The notes beneath the pieces are model-generated. The model ran no database searches and was not told where the DNA came from. It saw nothing but the letters and a program-made list of their open reading frames with translations. A program made the translations under genes and the position numbers. Source: Candidatus Wallbacteria bacterium (lineage in GTDB: Bacteria > Muiribacteriota > JAQTZZ01). From it: a stretch of DNA of 64,000 bases. The DNA lies in the NCBI GenBank assembly GCA_028687545.1, contig JAQTZZ010000002.1, forward strand, positions 139,635 through 203,634. Reading direction: 5' to 3'. Of the stretch, positions 47,264 through 57,769 are shown piece by piece (position 1 is the stretch's first letter; each line of letters begins with the position of its first letter).

Positions 47264-48861
47264 AAGATATTTTCGTCCATCTAAGAATCGCCGAATTTCT
47301 GGAGCAGGAATGGGAGCTGTATTCTCCTGTCTGCCGCCGCCGGAAAGAGGATTTCCTTCACTTCCATACTCCAGGGGAGGAATGCAATTTGAGACATGAA
47401 TGGATGATCCAGCGGCATTTTCTGGAGTTTCTCACTAAGCTCCCGGATGCCGGTGAAAATGTCCGTGAATCACTGCGGAAAATTCCGGATGTCAGCAGCA
47501 TGCTCGAACAGGAGAATCTGGCTGTATTCGAACTTTTTGACCTGAAAAAATTTCTGCTGCATTTACGGAAAATCAGGGAAATCTGGTCCTCCAGCTCCTT
47601 AAGACCCTTTGTTTTCAAGCACGCTTATCAAAATCTCTGGCAGTTCCTGACTTTTTCCCAGGATGAGCATAGTTTCGCGATAGTATCAGGTTATTCCAGG
47701 GCATTAAGCAGCATCCGCACAAAAATTTCCAGCCTGCGCAATGCCCGCGACAGGCGCATCCAGGCTTTCTACAGACAGCTCGAACGGAAATTCAAGCTGA
47801 AAAAGCGGATCATGTCCGAAGAATTCACTGTTGATCTGGAGTCAAAACTTTTACCTGTTCTGAGAAAGTCCCCTCATTTTACGCTGATCGAAGAGAAAGG
47901 CGGCTATTGCCTGTTCAGGATCAGATTTCCTTCTGCTGTCGAACGCCTGAATCAATCGATCAACAATCTGCGCAGAAAGGAAGCCGCTGCCGAGCTGAAA
48001 GTGCTGGACAGGCTCAACGCCTGCTATCGGAAAGTCAGGTCTAATCTGAAAAAAGATTACGAAAACCTGATACTCTGGGAAAAGTATTTTTCCCTGGCCA
48101 GTATGTCGCAGAAACTGGGGCTAATTGAACCTGAATTGAGAAAGCGCGGAGTTTCTGTAAAAAACGGCCGTTATCTGCCTCTGGCAAAGGATCTGGCATT
48201 GCAGAATCTCAACTACACTCCGCTTGATTTCGAAACATCAACCAGCGCCAGCATCATCTCAGGCTCCAACATGGGCGGCAAGACACAGGTCCTGAAAGCC
48301 ATCGGATTCCTGCAGGGGCTGTTCCAGCTCGGTTTCTTCCTGCCGGCTGAGACATTTTCCTCAAGCCTCTTTTTTGAAATCTACTTTTCCGCAGCCGAGC
48401 GTTTTCCGGAAAAAGCCGGACTCTCCAGTTTCGGGTCAGAAATCAGCTACATCTCAGAAGCCCTGGAAAAGATAGACCACCGCTGCCTGTACCTGGTGGA
48501 CGAATTCTCGCGCACCACCAATATCCGCGAAGGCCTGGCCCTCAATTACGCGCTGCTCTCGCATTTTTCAGGGTCAAAATCCACTCTGGTGCTGACCACT
48601 CACTTTGACATTCTCACCGGATATCTCAAAGTCTCCCAGTTCCAGACCGGCGGCTTGAAAGGCAAAAAAGAACTTCCCTCCCTTTATAAACTCCACGGCC
48701 CTGAGCGCGCCGCATATTTCCACAAGCTGATGGACTACCACCTGCACCCGAAAAAGGGTTCCGCAGTGCCCGAAGAAGCGCTCACCATAGCCGAAATCCT
48801 GGGCCTGCAGCCCGGCATCATCGCTGATGCCAGGAAGTTTTTAGTTAAACTGAGAAAGTAA
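47260..48861 (+). CDS. MutS domain V-like ABC-type ATPase (no mismatch-binding or Smr domain evident)
   Basis: Walker A SGSNMGGKTQVLKA, Walker B LYLVDEF, and LVLTTHFD (MutS-type His motif); coiled-coil-rich N-terminal half; 4-bp overlap with the cyclase gene. Confidence 0.65.
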   Translation: MKDIFVHLRIAEFLEQEWELYSPVCRRRKEDFLHFHTPGEECNLRHEWMIQRHFLEFLTKLPDAGENVRESLRKIPDVSSMLEQENLAVFELFDLKKFLLHLRKIREIWSSSSLRPFVFKHAYQNLWQFLTFSQDEHSFAIVSGYSRALSSIRTKISSLRNARDRRIQAFYRQLERKFKLKKRIMSEEFTVDLESKLLPVLRKSPHFTLIEEKGGYCLFRIRFPSAVERLNQSINNLRRKEAAAELKVLDRLNACYRKVRSNLKKDYENLILWEKYFSLASMSQKLGLIEPELRKRGVSVKNGRYLPLAKDLALQNLNYTPLDFETSTSASIISGSNMGGKTQVLKAIGFLQGLFQLGFFLPAETFSSSLFFEIYFSAAERFPEKAGLSSFGSEISYISEALEKIDHRCLYLVDEFSRTTNIREGLALNYALLSHFSGSKSTLVLTTHFDILTGYLKVSQFQTGGLKGKKELPSLYKLHGPERAAYFHKLMDYHLHPKKGSAVPEEALTIAEILGLQPGIIADARKFLVKLRK

Positions 48862-48875
48862 ATATTGTCAACTAT

Positions 48876-50129
48876 TTATGCCGCACAAGATAACTCGACA
48901 TTTTCACATGTTTTCGCATCAGCTCTGTACCAACAGAATCTCAATGCTACAGCCAGAATGATCTGAACGATTGCAGACAGGATCAGGATCGCCCAGGCTG
49001 AGGTGAAAGCTGCGGCAAAAGTGCCGATCAGGAGCGATAAGATCGCGGCCGGGCTTTCCAGGAATGAGAACAGGGCAAAGACCTGGCCCCTGTTTTCGTC
49101 GGCCACCTGCTGCTGGACAATCGTGTTGAGAATGATGGTGTGAGCGGCGCTCGCCAGGCCCAGAAAAGCGAAAATCAGGATTGCCAGACGATTATAACCG
49201 TTCAGCAGGAACCACAGGAAAAACAGTCCGTCCCAGAAGAGGATGTTCAGGTAAAGTCTGAGCGGATTGCGGCCATCCAGGATCAGGCCCAGAAGCAGAC
49301 TGCCGACTACGATCCCGATTCCGAGCGCTGAGAGAAGCACACCCCAGGCGAGCTCTGCCTTGTCGCCCAGGCCCAGGCCGTCCTTGAGATGGAAATAGAT
49401 CAGGATTCCCTGCATTGTCATGGCGATGGTCACGAAAGTGTTGATCAGAAGCATCCTGCGCAAGTTCAGGTCTGACCAGACTGCAGACAAACTCCTGCCT
49501 ATGGGCTGCCGGTTATTTTTCGATTTTACAGAAATATGTTTCTCATCGACCCTCAGATTGTAAATGATCAGGGCTGAGATCAGAAAGGTAGCGCCGTCGA
49601 TCAGGAAAGCAGGTGCAGTTCCAAGCAGCCCGGCCACGGCAGCGCCGAAGGCAGAGCCGCAGATCAGGTTGACATTGCTCAGGGATGAATTGAAGGAATT
49701 GTAAAGCACCAGGTCCTCGCGGCGCACCAGGTTCGGTTCCAGAGCGCTCTGGGCCGGCTGCCTGAATACATAGACCAGGGAGCTCAGGAACGCAAAGAAG
49801 TAAATCCCTGGCAGGCTGTCCACAAAAATCACGCAAGCAATGGCCAGGGCGGAAAAGACATCGCAGAGCACCATTACCATCCTGCGGGACAAGCAGTCCA
49901 CGATCCGTCCTGCGAACAGCCCGCACAGCAGGAATGGCACGAATTTCATGACTGTCAGGAAACCCAGGTCAGTGATTCTCCCGCCTGAGATGTCATAGAC
50001 TTTTTTCAGAAGCGCGAAATAGCTGACATGATTCCCGAGGCTCGAAATAAAACCCGCGGAAATCAGCAGCATCACCGGCCGGTTGGCAAACAGCATCCCG
50101 TATTTTTTGAGTGCAGCCAGTCTTTTCAT
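48876..50129 (-). CDS. MFS transporter
   Basis: 417 aa, ~12 predicted TM helices, MFS-like loop motifs. Confidence 0.8.
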   Translation of the reverse strand: MKRLAALKKYGMLFANRPVMLLISAGFISSLGNHVSYFALLKKVYDISGGRITDLGFLTVMKFVPFLLCGLFAGRIVDCLSRRMVMVLCDVFSALAIACVIFVDSLPGIYFFAFLSSLVYVFRQPAQSALEPNLVRREDLVLYNSFNSSLSNVNLICGSAFGAAVAGLLGTAPAFLIDGATFLISALIIYNLRVDEKHISVKSKNNRQPIGRSLSAVWSDLNLRRMLLINTFVTIAMTMQGILIYFHLKDGLGLGDKAELAWGVLLSALGIGIVVGSLLLGLILDGRNPLRLYLNILFWDGLFFLWFLLNGYNRLAILIFAFLGLASAAHTIILNTIVQQQVADENRGQVFALFSFLESPAAILSLLIGTFAAAFTSAWAILILSAIVQIILAVALRFCWYRADAKTCENVELSCAA

Positions 50130-50153
50130 GATTCACACCTTTATTGAGCTTTT

Positions 50154-50226
50154 GCGCCATAAAGAATGGTGTTCTCGAATGCATCTCAGCAGAGATGAGG
50201 CGAATCCAAAGTGTTCTTTATGGCGT
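50154..50226 (-). promoter_or_regulatory. long dyad-symmetry element in the MFS leader (12-bp perfect inverted repeat enclosing an inner hairpin)
   Basis: CGCCATAAAGAA (50155-50166) pairs with TTCTTTATGGCG (50214-50225); an inner CATCTC/GAGATG hairpin lies between; ~25 nt upstream of the MFS ATG. Confidence 0.35.
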
Positions 50227-50604
50227 TAAAGATCATTAATCCCCTTTCCCGGTCCGGTTGGACCGTAAGAAAACCATTTTTCAGAGCGATAAACTGAAAC
50301 AGTTTAACGCTCAGAAAACAGAGCTGAAGCGAACAAAAATGAGCTCCGCGGGGATTGATGTGAGATGCTGTCAGTGATCTGACTGAAGGATCAGGAATCG
50401 AATCCCGCAGGGAGCAAACGTTCAGGGCCTTGGGAACTCAAGTCATCCATATTGCCTCCCTGTAGGATATTTGGAAGAGTTCGGAAAATCCCTCTTCCAA
50501 ATTAATTATACAGCAAATATCGGCATAAAGCCAGATAAGATTAAGAACCAGCCGGCTTGTCATGGTCTGAAACCCGGGTTATATGTTGTACAGATGGGGA
50601 GACA

Positions 50605-52182
50605 ATGAAACTATCTGTTTTAATTTCACTGCTGTTCATGTCCGTCGTTTCGGCGGGACCGCTTTCGCTTACTCCCATGCAGAAAGCTTCCGACTTTTAT
50701 GCCCTGACCAAGATCATGGAAACAGGTTATGCGATGCTGGAATACAAGAAAACCAATATCCTCAAGGAAGATTACCTGCAGATAAAGAAGCGGTATTTCT
50801 TCGATATCTCGAAAACCAGAACTGATGCGGAATACTATACATTGCTTTTCAAGTACATCCATGAATTCAAGGACGGCCACCTTTACCTGGACGGTGTGTT
50901 CAATCTGGACCTGGCAATGCTGCCGGTAGATTTTCGGTATCTTGAGGGAAAAGTGGTGGTATCCGACATCTACATTACTGGGACAAAGTTCGGAATCGGG
51001 GATGAACTGATCGAATTCGACGGCAAACCGACCGCATCTGTCCTGGAAGAGCTGGCTCCTTATTACACCGGCGGAGGCTCAGCCGGACATCAGCTGAAGG
51101 GGATATTGCAGGCAATCGGTTACCGCTCCAGCAACAGGCTGATGCCTGCTGACGGGAGCAGCGCGGTTCTCAAGCTGAAAAGCAGGAAAACCGGCTCCGA
51201 GTATTCCGATACAGAGGCTTGGGTCATCAAGAAATACAGCGAGATCTATTCCAGGGGATTCAGGCTGCCAGCCAGGCTCCACTCGTTCTATGAAAACGAC
51301 GGGAATTGGAGTTTTGACCCTCTGTATGTGCAGACGCTGATCAGGAAGCAGCTTATGGGCAGTCCTGTAGCCGGCCAGAGGCTTGAAGATAACCTGACCG
51401 CAGAAATAATACTGTACACCTCCGGATCGAAACAGTACAAAATCGGCAGGATCAGGGTTCCGGACTATGATGGATGGGCTATTGAATCGTTCGACACTCT
51501 GCTCAGCGGACTTGCTGACTGCGACGGCCTGATTTTGGACCAGAGGGACAACCCGGGCGGTTACATCGATCTCTGCCAGAACCTGGTTTCTCGTTTCCTG
51601 GATGCACCTCTGACAAATCTGGAGTTTTCCGTTCCGCTCAACCGGCACTGGCTGAATAATGTTGAACTCAAGCTCAAGTTGTATACTCAAGCCCAGTATC
51701 CTGCTGATCAGATCGCCGTGGTAAAGACCTGCAGGGATACGATGTACGCAAATGCCAATGCAGGCAAGAAAATGAGTGATTTCATACCGTTCTTCTATGC
51801 AAGCAAACTCCAACCTGCTGAGCTGAAATTTCTTAAGCCGGTGCTGGTCCTGATTGACTCAGGCTGCTTCAGTTGCGGGGATCTGGTGCCTGCATCGTTC
51901 AGGCAGAAAGACTGGATGGGCAAACTCAAGCTTTTCGGAGAGACAACAGGCGCCGGAGGAGGAAATGTAGTCCAAGCCGGCCCGCTTCCTCTCAGTGAAA
52001 CAATGTTCCACGTCACAGCCAGCCTGGCCCGCTGGGGTGGAAAAAACATCATCGAAAACAATGGGATCAGCCCGGATGTGGTTTCCCCATATACAATCTC
52101 CGACCTGTACAGCGAGGCTGTAGAAAATAAAAACACATACCTGGAAAAGGCCTGTGCCGAACTGGTCAAGATGATAAACTGA
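50605..52182 (+). CDS. S41-family peptidase (C-terminal processing protease-like), secreted
   Basis: Signal peptide MKLSVLISLLFMSVVSAG; S41-type DQRDNPGGYIDL motif. Start set at the ATG at 50605 after GGGGAG. Confidence 0.7.
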   Translation: MKLSVLISLLFMSVVSAGPLSLTPMQKASDFYALTKIMETGYAMLEYKKTNILKEDYLQIKKRYFFDISKTRTDAEYYTLLFKYIHEFKDGHLYLDGVFNLDLAMLPVDFRYLEGKVVVSDIYITGTKFGIGDELIEFDGKPTASVLEELAPYYTGGGSAGHQLKGILQAIGYRSSNRLMPADGSSAVLKLKSRKTGSEYSDTEAWVIKKYSEIYSRGFRLPARLHSFYENDGNWSFDPLYVQTLIRKQLMGSPVAGQRLEDNLTAEIILYTSGSKQYKIGRIRVPDYDGWAIESFDTLLSGLADCDGLILDQRDNPGGYIDLCQNLVSRFLDAPLTNLEFSVPLNRHWLNNVELKLKLYTQAQYPADQIAVVKTCRDTMYANANAGKKMSDFIPFFYASKLQPAELKFLKPVLVLIDSGCFSCGDLVPASFRQKDWMGKLKLFGETTGAGGGNVVQAGPLPLSETMFHVTASLARWGGKNIIENNGISPDVVSPYTISDLYSEAVENKNTYLEKACAELVKMIN

Positions 52183-52357
52183 TTCTTATTTTTTCTCCAG
52201 CAGAATCCACTCATCCTGGAAATTCACGATGTCTTCGATGAACTTCTTGTAACTCGCGTATTCAGAAGCCGGATAGGTGTCGCCGACTCTCTTGAAATCC
52301 AGGTTGACTTTCAAAATACTGCGGCTGCTTGTATCGAATGAGGCTGTAAACTCCATG
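52182..52357. repeat. direct repeat copy 1 (176 bp, identical to 60035..60210)
   Basis: Base-by-base comparison shows an exact 176-nt identity, same orientation; identity ends abruptly after ...GTAAACTCCATG. Confidence 0.95.
52186..52357 (-). pseudogene. orphan 3'-terminal fragment (last 57 codons) of the DUF3857/transglutaminase-like gene at 60039..62087
   Basis: Encodes MEFTASFDTSSRSILKVNLDFKRVGDTYPASEYASYKKFIEDIVNFQDEWILLEKK, identical to the C-terminus of the intact gene; upstream codons are unrelated. Confidence 0.75.
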
Positions 52358-52481
52358 TTCAGATCGACCTGCTGAAAATATTCAATTTCTTCAAAGTTTG
52401 AATACACCTCCTTTATTAGAGTATCCGCTCAAATCCACGATTCCGGCTTTACACTTATCGGATGTGCCAGCATGGCTCAAG

Positions 52482-53606
52482 CTAACGGGTAATCTCTCCC
52501 TGTTTAGCGGGCTCCAGAATCACTGTCTGGGTCGGAAATGCAAATTCGACCCCCAGCGCTTTAAAGGAATCCGCAATTTGAAGATTTATCTCTTGATGAA
52601 TGTCCATATATTTATTGTAGTCATTGCCGTTTATCAAATAAGAAGTCTCTATGATCAGGTTGAAATCTCCATACTCTGCGAAATGGCAGCGGTTAAACAT
52701 CGTATCTTCAGTGTTATCAATGATTGCTTTGATGACTGAAGGAATTTTCCTCAATTTGTCAGTGCCAGTCTGATAAGTAACTCCTAACCGGAACGTCACT
52801 CGCCGACGGGTCATTTTCTTGTAATTCCTAACTCTGCTGCCAGTCAGATCCGAATTCGATAAAATTATTTCTTCCCCGTTGAGGCTTGCCAGCCTTGTTG
52901 TTTTAATGCCGATATGCTCCACACTCCCCAGAAAATCTCCAATTACGATAAAATCTCCTTCCTCAAACGGCCTGTCAAAGAAAATCACGAAATAATTAAA
53001 CAAATCATTCAGTATGTTCTGAGAAGCCAGGGCTATTGCCACACCGCCGATACCAAGCCCGGTAATCAGCGTGGTCAGGTTGAAGCCAAGATTATCAAGG
53101 ATCAGGGTGAAACAAAGCATCCAGAAAAACATTTTCAGAATACCGACAATCCCTGCGGAAGTGGTTGGGGATATTCTGGATTCTTCTTTTTTCAGCCAGC
53201 GCTCCTCAAAAAAATAGACTGCAACGCAAATGGCAAATCTCGTAGTCTGGACAATCACAAAGATCAGGCCAATCCAGTCAACCAGTCTTTTTACCGCAGG
53301 ATTAAGATCAAGTTCATTTACGGAGAAATAAAAAGCTATGTAAAAAAGAAGCGGGAAGAGATATTTTTCCACCAGTTTAGAAATAATGCTGTCCTGGCTG
53401 AGTTTTCCTGTTATAACCAGAGATTTAAGGCGACATAGAATAAATTTCTTCACAAATCGCATGCAGGAAAAAGCGAAAAGCAGAGTGATGAAAGCTATCG
53501 CATAACGGGAAAAAGGATTGCCCAGGAACACCCAGGACCAGATTTCATTCCTGAAAAATAACTCCTCCATTAAAGACAAAAGATTGTCGAAATGTTGTTG
53601 AAGCAT
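52482..53606 (-). CDS. small-conductance mechanosensitive channel (MscS family)
   Basis: MscS pore helix/beta domain signature (LGIGGVAIALASQNILNDLF...GDFIVIGDFLGSVEHIGIKTTRL); 374 aa. Confidence 0.85.
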   Translation of the reverse strand: MLQQHFDNLLSLMEELFFRNEIWSWVFLGNPFSRYAIAFITLLFAFSCMRFVKKFILCRLKSLVITGKLSQDSIISKLVEKYLFPLLFYIAFYFSVNELDLNPAVKRLVDWIGLIFVIVQTTRFAICVAVYFFEERWLKKEESRISPTTSAGIVGILKMFFWMLCFTLILDNLGFNLTTLITGLGIGGVAIALASQNILNDLFNYFVIFFDRPFEEGDFIVIGDFLGSVEHIGIKTTRLASLNGEEIILSNSDLTGSRVRNYKKMTRRRVTFRLGVTYQTGTDKLRKIPSVIKAIIDNTEDTMFNRCHFAEYGDFNLIIETSYLINGNDYNKYMDIHQEINLQIADSFKALGVEFAFPTQTVILEPAKQGEITR

Positions 53607-53656
53607 GCCTAACTCCTTATGGACATTACTGGCACAAAACGATCATGCCTGGCGCT

Positions 53657-55009
53657 CTAAAACGCATAGTATCTCACCCATACATAGACTGCCGACATTG
53701 TTACGGTCATAACCATTACCGGCATCCCGTAACGCATGAACTCGACAAAGGTGATCTTCCGGCCGTGCTTCTCGGAAATCCCGGCCACTACCACATTGGC
53801 GGAAGCGCCGATGATCGTGCCGTTTCCCCCGAGACACGCACCCAGGGCCAGTGACCACCAGAGTGGCAGCAGATCCGCATGGTGGAGAAGATCGGTTCCG
53901 GATACACCCGGCCAGAGCTGTTTCGCCATGTCGATGATCAGAGGGGTCATGGTAGCAACATAGGGGATATTGTCTATGAAGGCTGAGGCAAAGGCAGAAA
54001 ACCACAGGATCCCCATGCTGGCAGCGAGAAGGTTGCCTCTTGTGAACTCCAGTACTTTCACCGACATCCAGCTGATCAGCCCCACTTTCACCACTGCCCC
54101 GATGATGATGAACAGGCCGATGAAGAAAAACAGGGTGCCCCATTCGGCTTCAGCCAGGATATGATGAGGGTCATGCGTTCCTGAGATCAGGAGCAGCAGG
54201 CTGGCCCCGAAGAGCGCGACAGTGGCAGGCTCCAGATGAAGGGCTCCATGGGCTACAAATCCGGTCAGGGTCAGGCCGAGTACGAACAGGGATTTCTTCA
54301 GCATCAGGTGGTTTTTGATCACTATCGTTTCGTCCATCAGCATGATCCTCTGTTTCAACTCTTCTCTGGTTTTGAGCTTCTTGCCCCAGATGAATTTAAC
54401 TGCCAGGCAGAAGACCAGCATGATGACCAATATCACTGGAGTCAATTGATAGATGAAGTCCATGAATGTCAGCTCAGCTTTGGATGCGATCATGATGTTG
54501 GGCGGGTCCCCGATCAGGGTGGCAGTGCCGCCGATGTTGGAAGCCAGGGTGCAGGCGATCAGGTAGGGGACGAAATCAACTTCCAGCGCTTCGGCAATGT
54601 AGACGATCACCGGCGCGATGAGAAGGACTGTGGTGACATTGTCCAGAAAGGCGCTCAGCACGGCAGTTACAACAGAGAAGATCACCATGATGCTGATCGG
54701 GTCTCCCTTTCCAAGCTTGGCGCTTCTGATGGCTACGTATTCGAAAACTCCGGTCGGCCGCATCAGGTTGATGATCACCATCATGGAGAGGAGCAGGAAT
54801 ATCACGTTCCAGTCCACACCCAGTTCTTCGACATGAAAGGCTTCGTGCTGTGAAAGCAGCTTGAGCACAAGGACCAGGGAAGCCCCGAACATTGCTACAA
54901 TGGTTTTATGGACTCTCTCGGAAATGATGATTGCGTAAGAAATAATGAATATGGCTGTAGCTGTCCAGAACAGGCCGTCCATGACTATAGGTTGAAGATT
55001 ATTTTGCAT
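53657..55009 (-). CDS. ArsB/NhaD-superfamily ion transporter
   Basis: 450 aa, ~12 TM helices; ArsB/NhaD permease-like repeats (SAFLDNVTTVLLIAPV; SAFIDNIPYVATMTPL). Confidence 0.75.
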   Translation of the reverse strand: MQNNLQPIVMDGLFWTATAIFIISYAIIISERVHKTIVAMFGASLVLVLKLLSQHEAFHVEELGVDWNVIFLLLSMMVIINLMRPTGVFEYVAIRSAKLGKGDPISIMVIFSVVTAVLSAFLDNVTTVLLIAPVIVYIAEALEVDFVPYLIACTLASNIGGTATLIGDPPNIMIASKAELTFMDFIYQLTPVILVIMLVFCLAVKFIWGKKLKTREELKQRIMLMDETIVIKNHLMLKKSLFVLGLTLTGFVAHGALHLEPATVALFGASLLLLISGTHDPHHILAEAEWGTLFFFIGLFIIIGAVVKVGLISWMSVKVLEFTRGNLLAASMGILWFSAFASAFIDNIPYVATMTPLIIDMAKQLWPGVSGTDLLHHADLLPLWWSLALGACLGGNGTIIGASANVVVAGISEKHGRKITFVEFMRYGMPVMVMTVTMSAVYVWVRYYAF

Positions 55010-55114
55010 TCATCCTCCACAAGCCGGCAGATGCGTGAGCGGCTATTTATCAACTTCTTCAGGCAATATGTCGGCAGCGCATAGCTTTCTGGAATCAGCA
55101 TCGATTGCCAGAAT

Positions 55115-57334
55115 TTATTCCCTTGATTGGGATGCGGTGATCAGGTTTTCCAGCAAATCAAGCAGTCCGGAACAACTCACCAGATTGAATCTGGCAATAG
55201 ACTGATCCATGCCGATTCTGATGGAATAGGCATCCGGCGGAAGCACTCTGAAAAGGTCTTCATCAGTCACGTCATCACCGGCAGCCATGATGAAATCAGG
55301 GTTTTCCTTGAGCATGAAGTCCATGGCTCCGGAGCCTTTGTTCACTCCCGCATTCCTGACTTCAACCACTTTGTTCCCTGACATGATCTGAACATCAATG
55401 TTGGCCGTGAAATTCACCAGCTGATCGGTTAATTCCTTGGAAAGCAGTGAAGCGGATTCCTGATCCGCCATCCGGTAATGCCAGACCAGGGAAAAATCCT
55501 TTTCCTCAATGAATGAACCTGGTAAACGATCAACGTGCAATTGCAGAATCGGATAAATATGCTCTTTCCAGGTGCAGGTCATGGGTTTAGACAGAATCCA
55601 GTCACTGCCCCGCATCTTCAGCCAGGCCCCGTGTTCAGCGACAAATCCGATTTTGATACCTGGGAACCATTTATCCAGAGTTTTCCTGTCCCTGCCTGTT
55701 ACAATGATCACTTCCGTATCCCGAATGTCCGTTAACTCCTTGAGGATCTTCAGCACTCTCTGAGTAGGTATGGCTGCTGAAGGCTCCTTGGCAAAAGGGA
55801 CCAGAGTGCCGTCATAATCAAGAAAAATGGCTCTCCGCTCAGATTTGTTGAAATCCGAGCACAGTTTATTTCGGATATTTTTGGATATAAGCCGGGCTTT
55901 TAAAGTATCCTGTTCGGCCCTGATGCCGACTAGAGTCCCGCAGAAATCCTCAGCCCAGCGGATTATGTTGTAGCGTTGAAGCCTTGCCAGCATGGGTCTG
56001 TTGCGGCTGATCTGTTCTTCCTTCGGCATTTCCAGGGCATTTTTTATCGCTGCTGCTATTTCATCCCTGTGATTCGGATTGACGATGATTGCTTCTCGCA
56101 TTTCAGGGGCTGCTCCCGCCATTTCGCTCAAGATCAGCACCCCGTCCCCATCTTTCCCATGGGATGCCAGATATTCCTTGGCCACCAGATTCATTCCATC
56201 CCTCAGCGGGGTAATCAGAGCTACATCGCTGATTCCGTAGACTGCGGATAATGCCTTGAAAGACAATGATCGGAATTGATAAATAACCGGATTCCAGTGG
56301 ATCGTGCTGTATTTTCCGTTGAGCCTGCCCACATATTCGTCGATCTGCTTTTTCAGCTGATGATATTGTTCGACTTCTACCCTGGATGGAACTATTACCA
56401 TGAAAAGAGACACTTTTCCATGCCACTGAGGGTTCTTCTCCAGGAACAGCTCAAACGCCTCCAGCCTGTTTATTATGCCTTTGACATAGTCCAGGCGATC
56501 TACAGAAAGTATGGCTTTAAGTTGCCCGAGCTTGCTTCTGAGTTTGCCGATCTCTTCCCGGACCTCTGGAGTTCCAGCGCTTTTATAGAATAGATCATAA
56601 TCAATCCCCATGGGAAATGTCTTGGCTTTTACGATCCTGTCTTCAATGGTCAGGCGGCCGAAATTGTTTTCATGGCCGAGTATTCTTGATACGCATCTCA
56701 AAAAATACTGGGTATAATCCTGGGTATGAAATCCGATCAGATTGGCTCCCAGCAGCCCTTCCAGAATTTCTCTGCGCCAGCCGGTGGGCAGCAGCCGGAA
56801 AATCTCAAATGACGGGAATGGGATATGCAGGAAAAAACCGATCTGCGCATCAGGTTTCTTTTCCCTGATCAGTTTGGGAAGCAGCATCAGATGGTAGTCG
56901 TGCACCCAGACGATGTCATCATCGTCCATGATTTCCAGGATGGCATCCCTGAACAGCATGTTCACACTTCTATAATTCTGCCAGGATTTCTCTTTATATA
57001 CTGCCAGAGATGGAAAGTACTGAAATAAAGGCCAGATAGTCTTATTGCAGAAACCAAGATAAAATTCATCCATCACTTTCTGAGATAGAAAAATCGGATA
57101 AGCCTGATGGTTTTTAATTAAATCAGCCTTGAGATGTTCCCTCAGCTTTTTTTCCGCACTGATACCGGGCCAGCCTACCCAGAAATAGCCTTTTTCTTTT
57201 ATTGAATTGTTCGGTGAGGCCAGATAGGATCTCATTCCTGTAGCGAGCCCGCCGGAGCTTTTATGAAACTTGATCTTACGCTTTTCCCTGGCAAGAGTGA
57301 TCGGCAGGCGATTGGACACTATGATGAACTTCAT
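55115..57334 (-). CDS. bifunctional trehalose-6-phosphate synthase (GT20) / trehalose-6-phosphate phosphatase (HAD)
   Basis: N-terminal OtsA-like domain (IIVSNRLPI; [10 protein letters not shown]) and C-terminal HAD phosphatase ([13 protein letters not shown]; [10 protein letters not shown]); 739 aa. Confidence 0.85.
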   Translation of the reverse strand: MKFIIVSNRLPITLAREKRKIKFHKSSGGLATGMRSYLASPNNSIKEKGYFWVGWPGISAEKKLREHLKADLIKNHQAYPIFLSQKVMDEFYLGFCNKTIWPLFQYFPSLAVYKEKSWQNYRSVNMLFRDAILEIMDDDDIVWVHDYHLMLLPKLIREKKPDAQIGFFLHIPFPSFEIFRLLPTGWRREILEGLLGANLIGFHTQDYTQYFLRCVSRILGHENNFGRLTIEDRIVKAKTFPMGIDYDLFYKSAGTPEVREEIGKLRSKLGQLKAILSVDRLDYVKGIINRLEAFELFLEKNPQWHGKVSLFMVIVPSRVEVEQYHQLKKQIDEYVGRLNGKYSTIHWNPVIYQFRSLSFKALSAVYGISDVALITPLRDGMNLVAKEYLASHGKDGDGVLILSEMAGAAPEMREAIIVNPNHRDEIAAAIKNALEMPKEEQISRNRPMLARLQRYNIIRWAEDFCGTLVGIRAEQDTLKARLISKNIRNKLCSDFNKSERRAIFLDYDGTLVPFAKEPSAAIPTQRVLKILKELTDIRDTEVIIVTGRDRKTLDKWFPGIKIGFVAEHGAWLKMRGSDWILSKPMTCTWKEHIYPILQLHVDRLPGSFIEEKDFSLVWHYRMADQESASLLSKELTDQLVNFTANIDVQIMSGNKVVEVRNAGVNKGSGAMDFMLKENPDFIMAAGDDVTDEDLFRVLPPDAYSIRIGMDQSIARFNLVSCSGLLDLLENLITASQSRE

Positions 57335-57546
57335 TCAACCTCCAGAACGGAATATTATCTAAACCAAATTTCTATCAGCACCATCACAGTAAGAGCAAGC
57401 CGGAAAAATGAGGATGTTAATTTTATTTGTTGTGGCTACAGGTTTGTTTTCGACAGGAGCAGAAAAACTGTTTCATTATAATTTAATACTATCTTTTCTA
57501 TTTTCATGTGTCAATAATATTTATCGATCAGTTTTACTTAGTTTAT

Positions 57547-57575
57547 TGACCACCTTGTTTTCTAAGGTTATAATA
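57547..57575 (+). promoter_or_regulatory. putative sigma70 promoter upstream of the TetR gene
   Basis: TTGACC (57547-57552), 17-nt spacer, TATAAT (57570-57575); ~195 nt upstream of the TetR ATG. Confidence 0.35.
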
Positions 57576-57769
57576 ATATTGTAAGTTGTCGATAATTAAC
57601 TTAGAAGGCAATAGCAATACTGCAGGAAAAGACAAGGACCTTTGACAGAGGGGCCTTGAAGCTGGCAAAATAGTACTCTGGTCACCGGACTAATCCAAAT
57701 GGGGGGTCAGCGCCCGAGCATGTAATTGAACAGCCGGACACTGAGCCGGCCGATCAAGAGGAATATAAA

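Noticed and set aside
50394-50406. tRNA T-loop-like motif GGAATCGAATCCC
   Set aside because: The flanking sequence cannot form a T-stem, acceptor stem or anticodon arm; no cloverleaf could be built by eye, so this is not a tRNA.
53643-54853. Several + and - strand ORFs of 60-205 aa overlapping the ArsB/NhaD gene
   Set aside because: They are alternative-frame or antisense ORFs within a well-supported 450-aa transporter gene and lack motifs.
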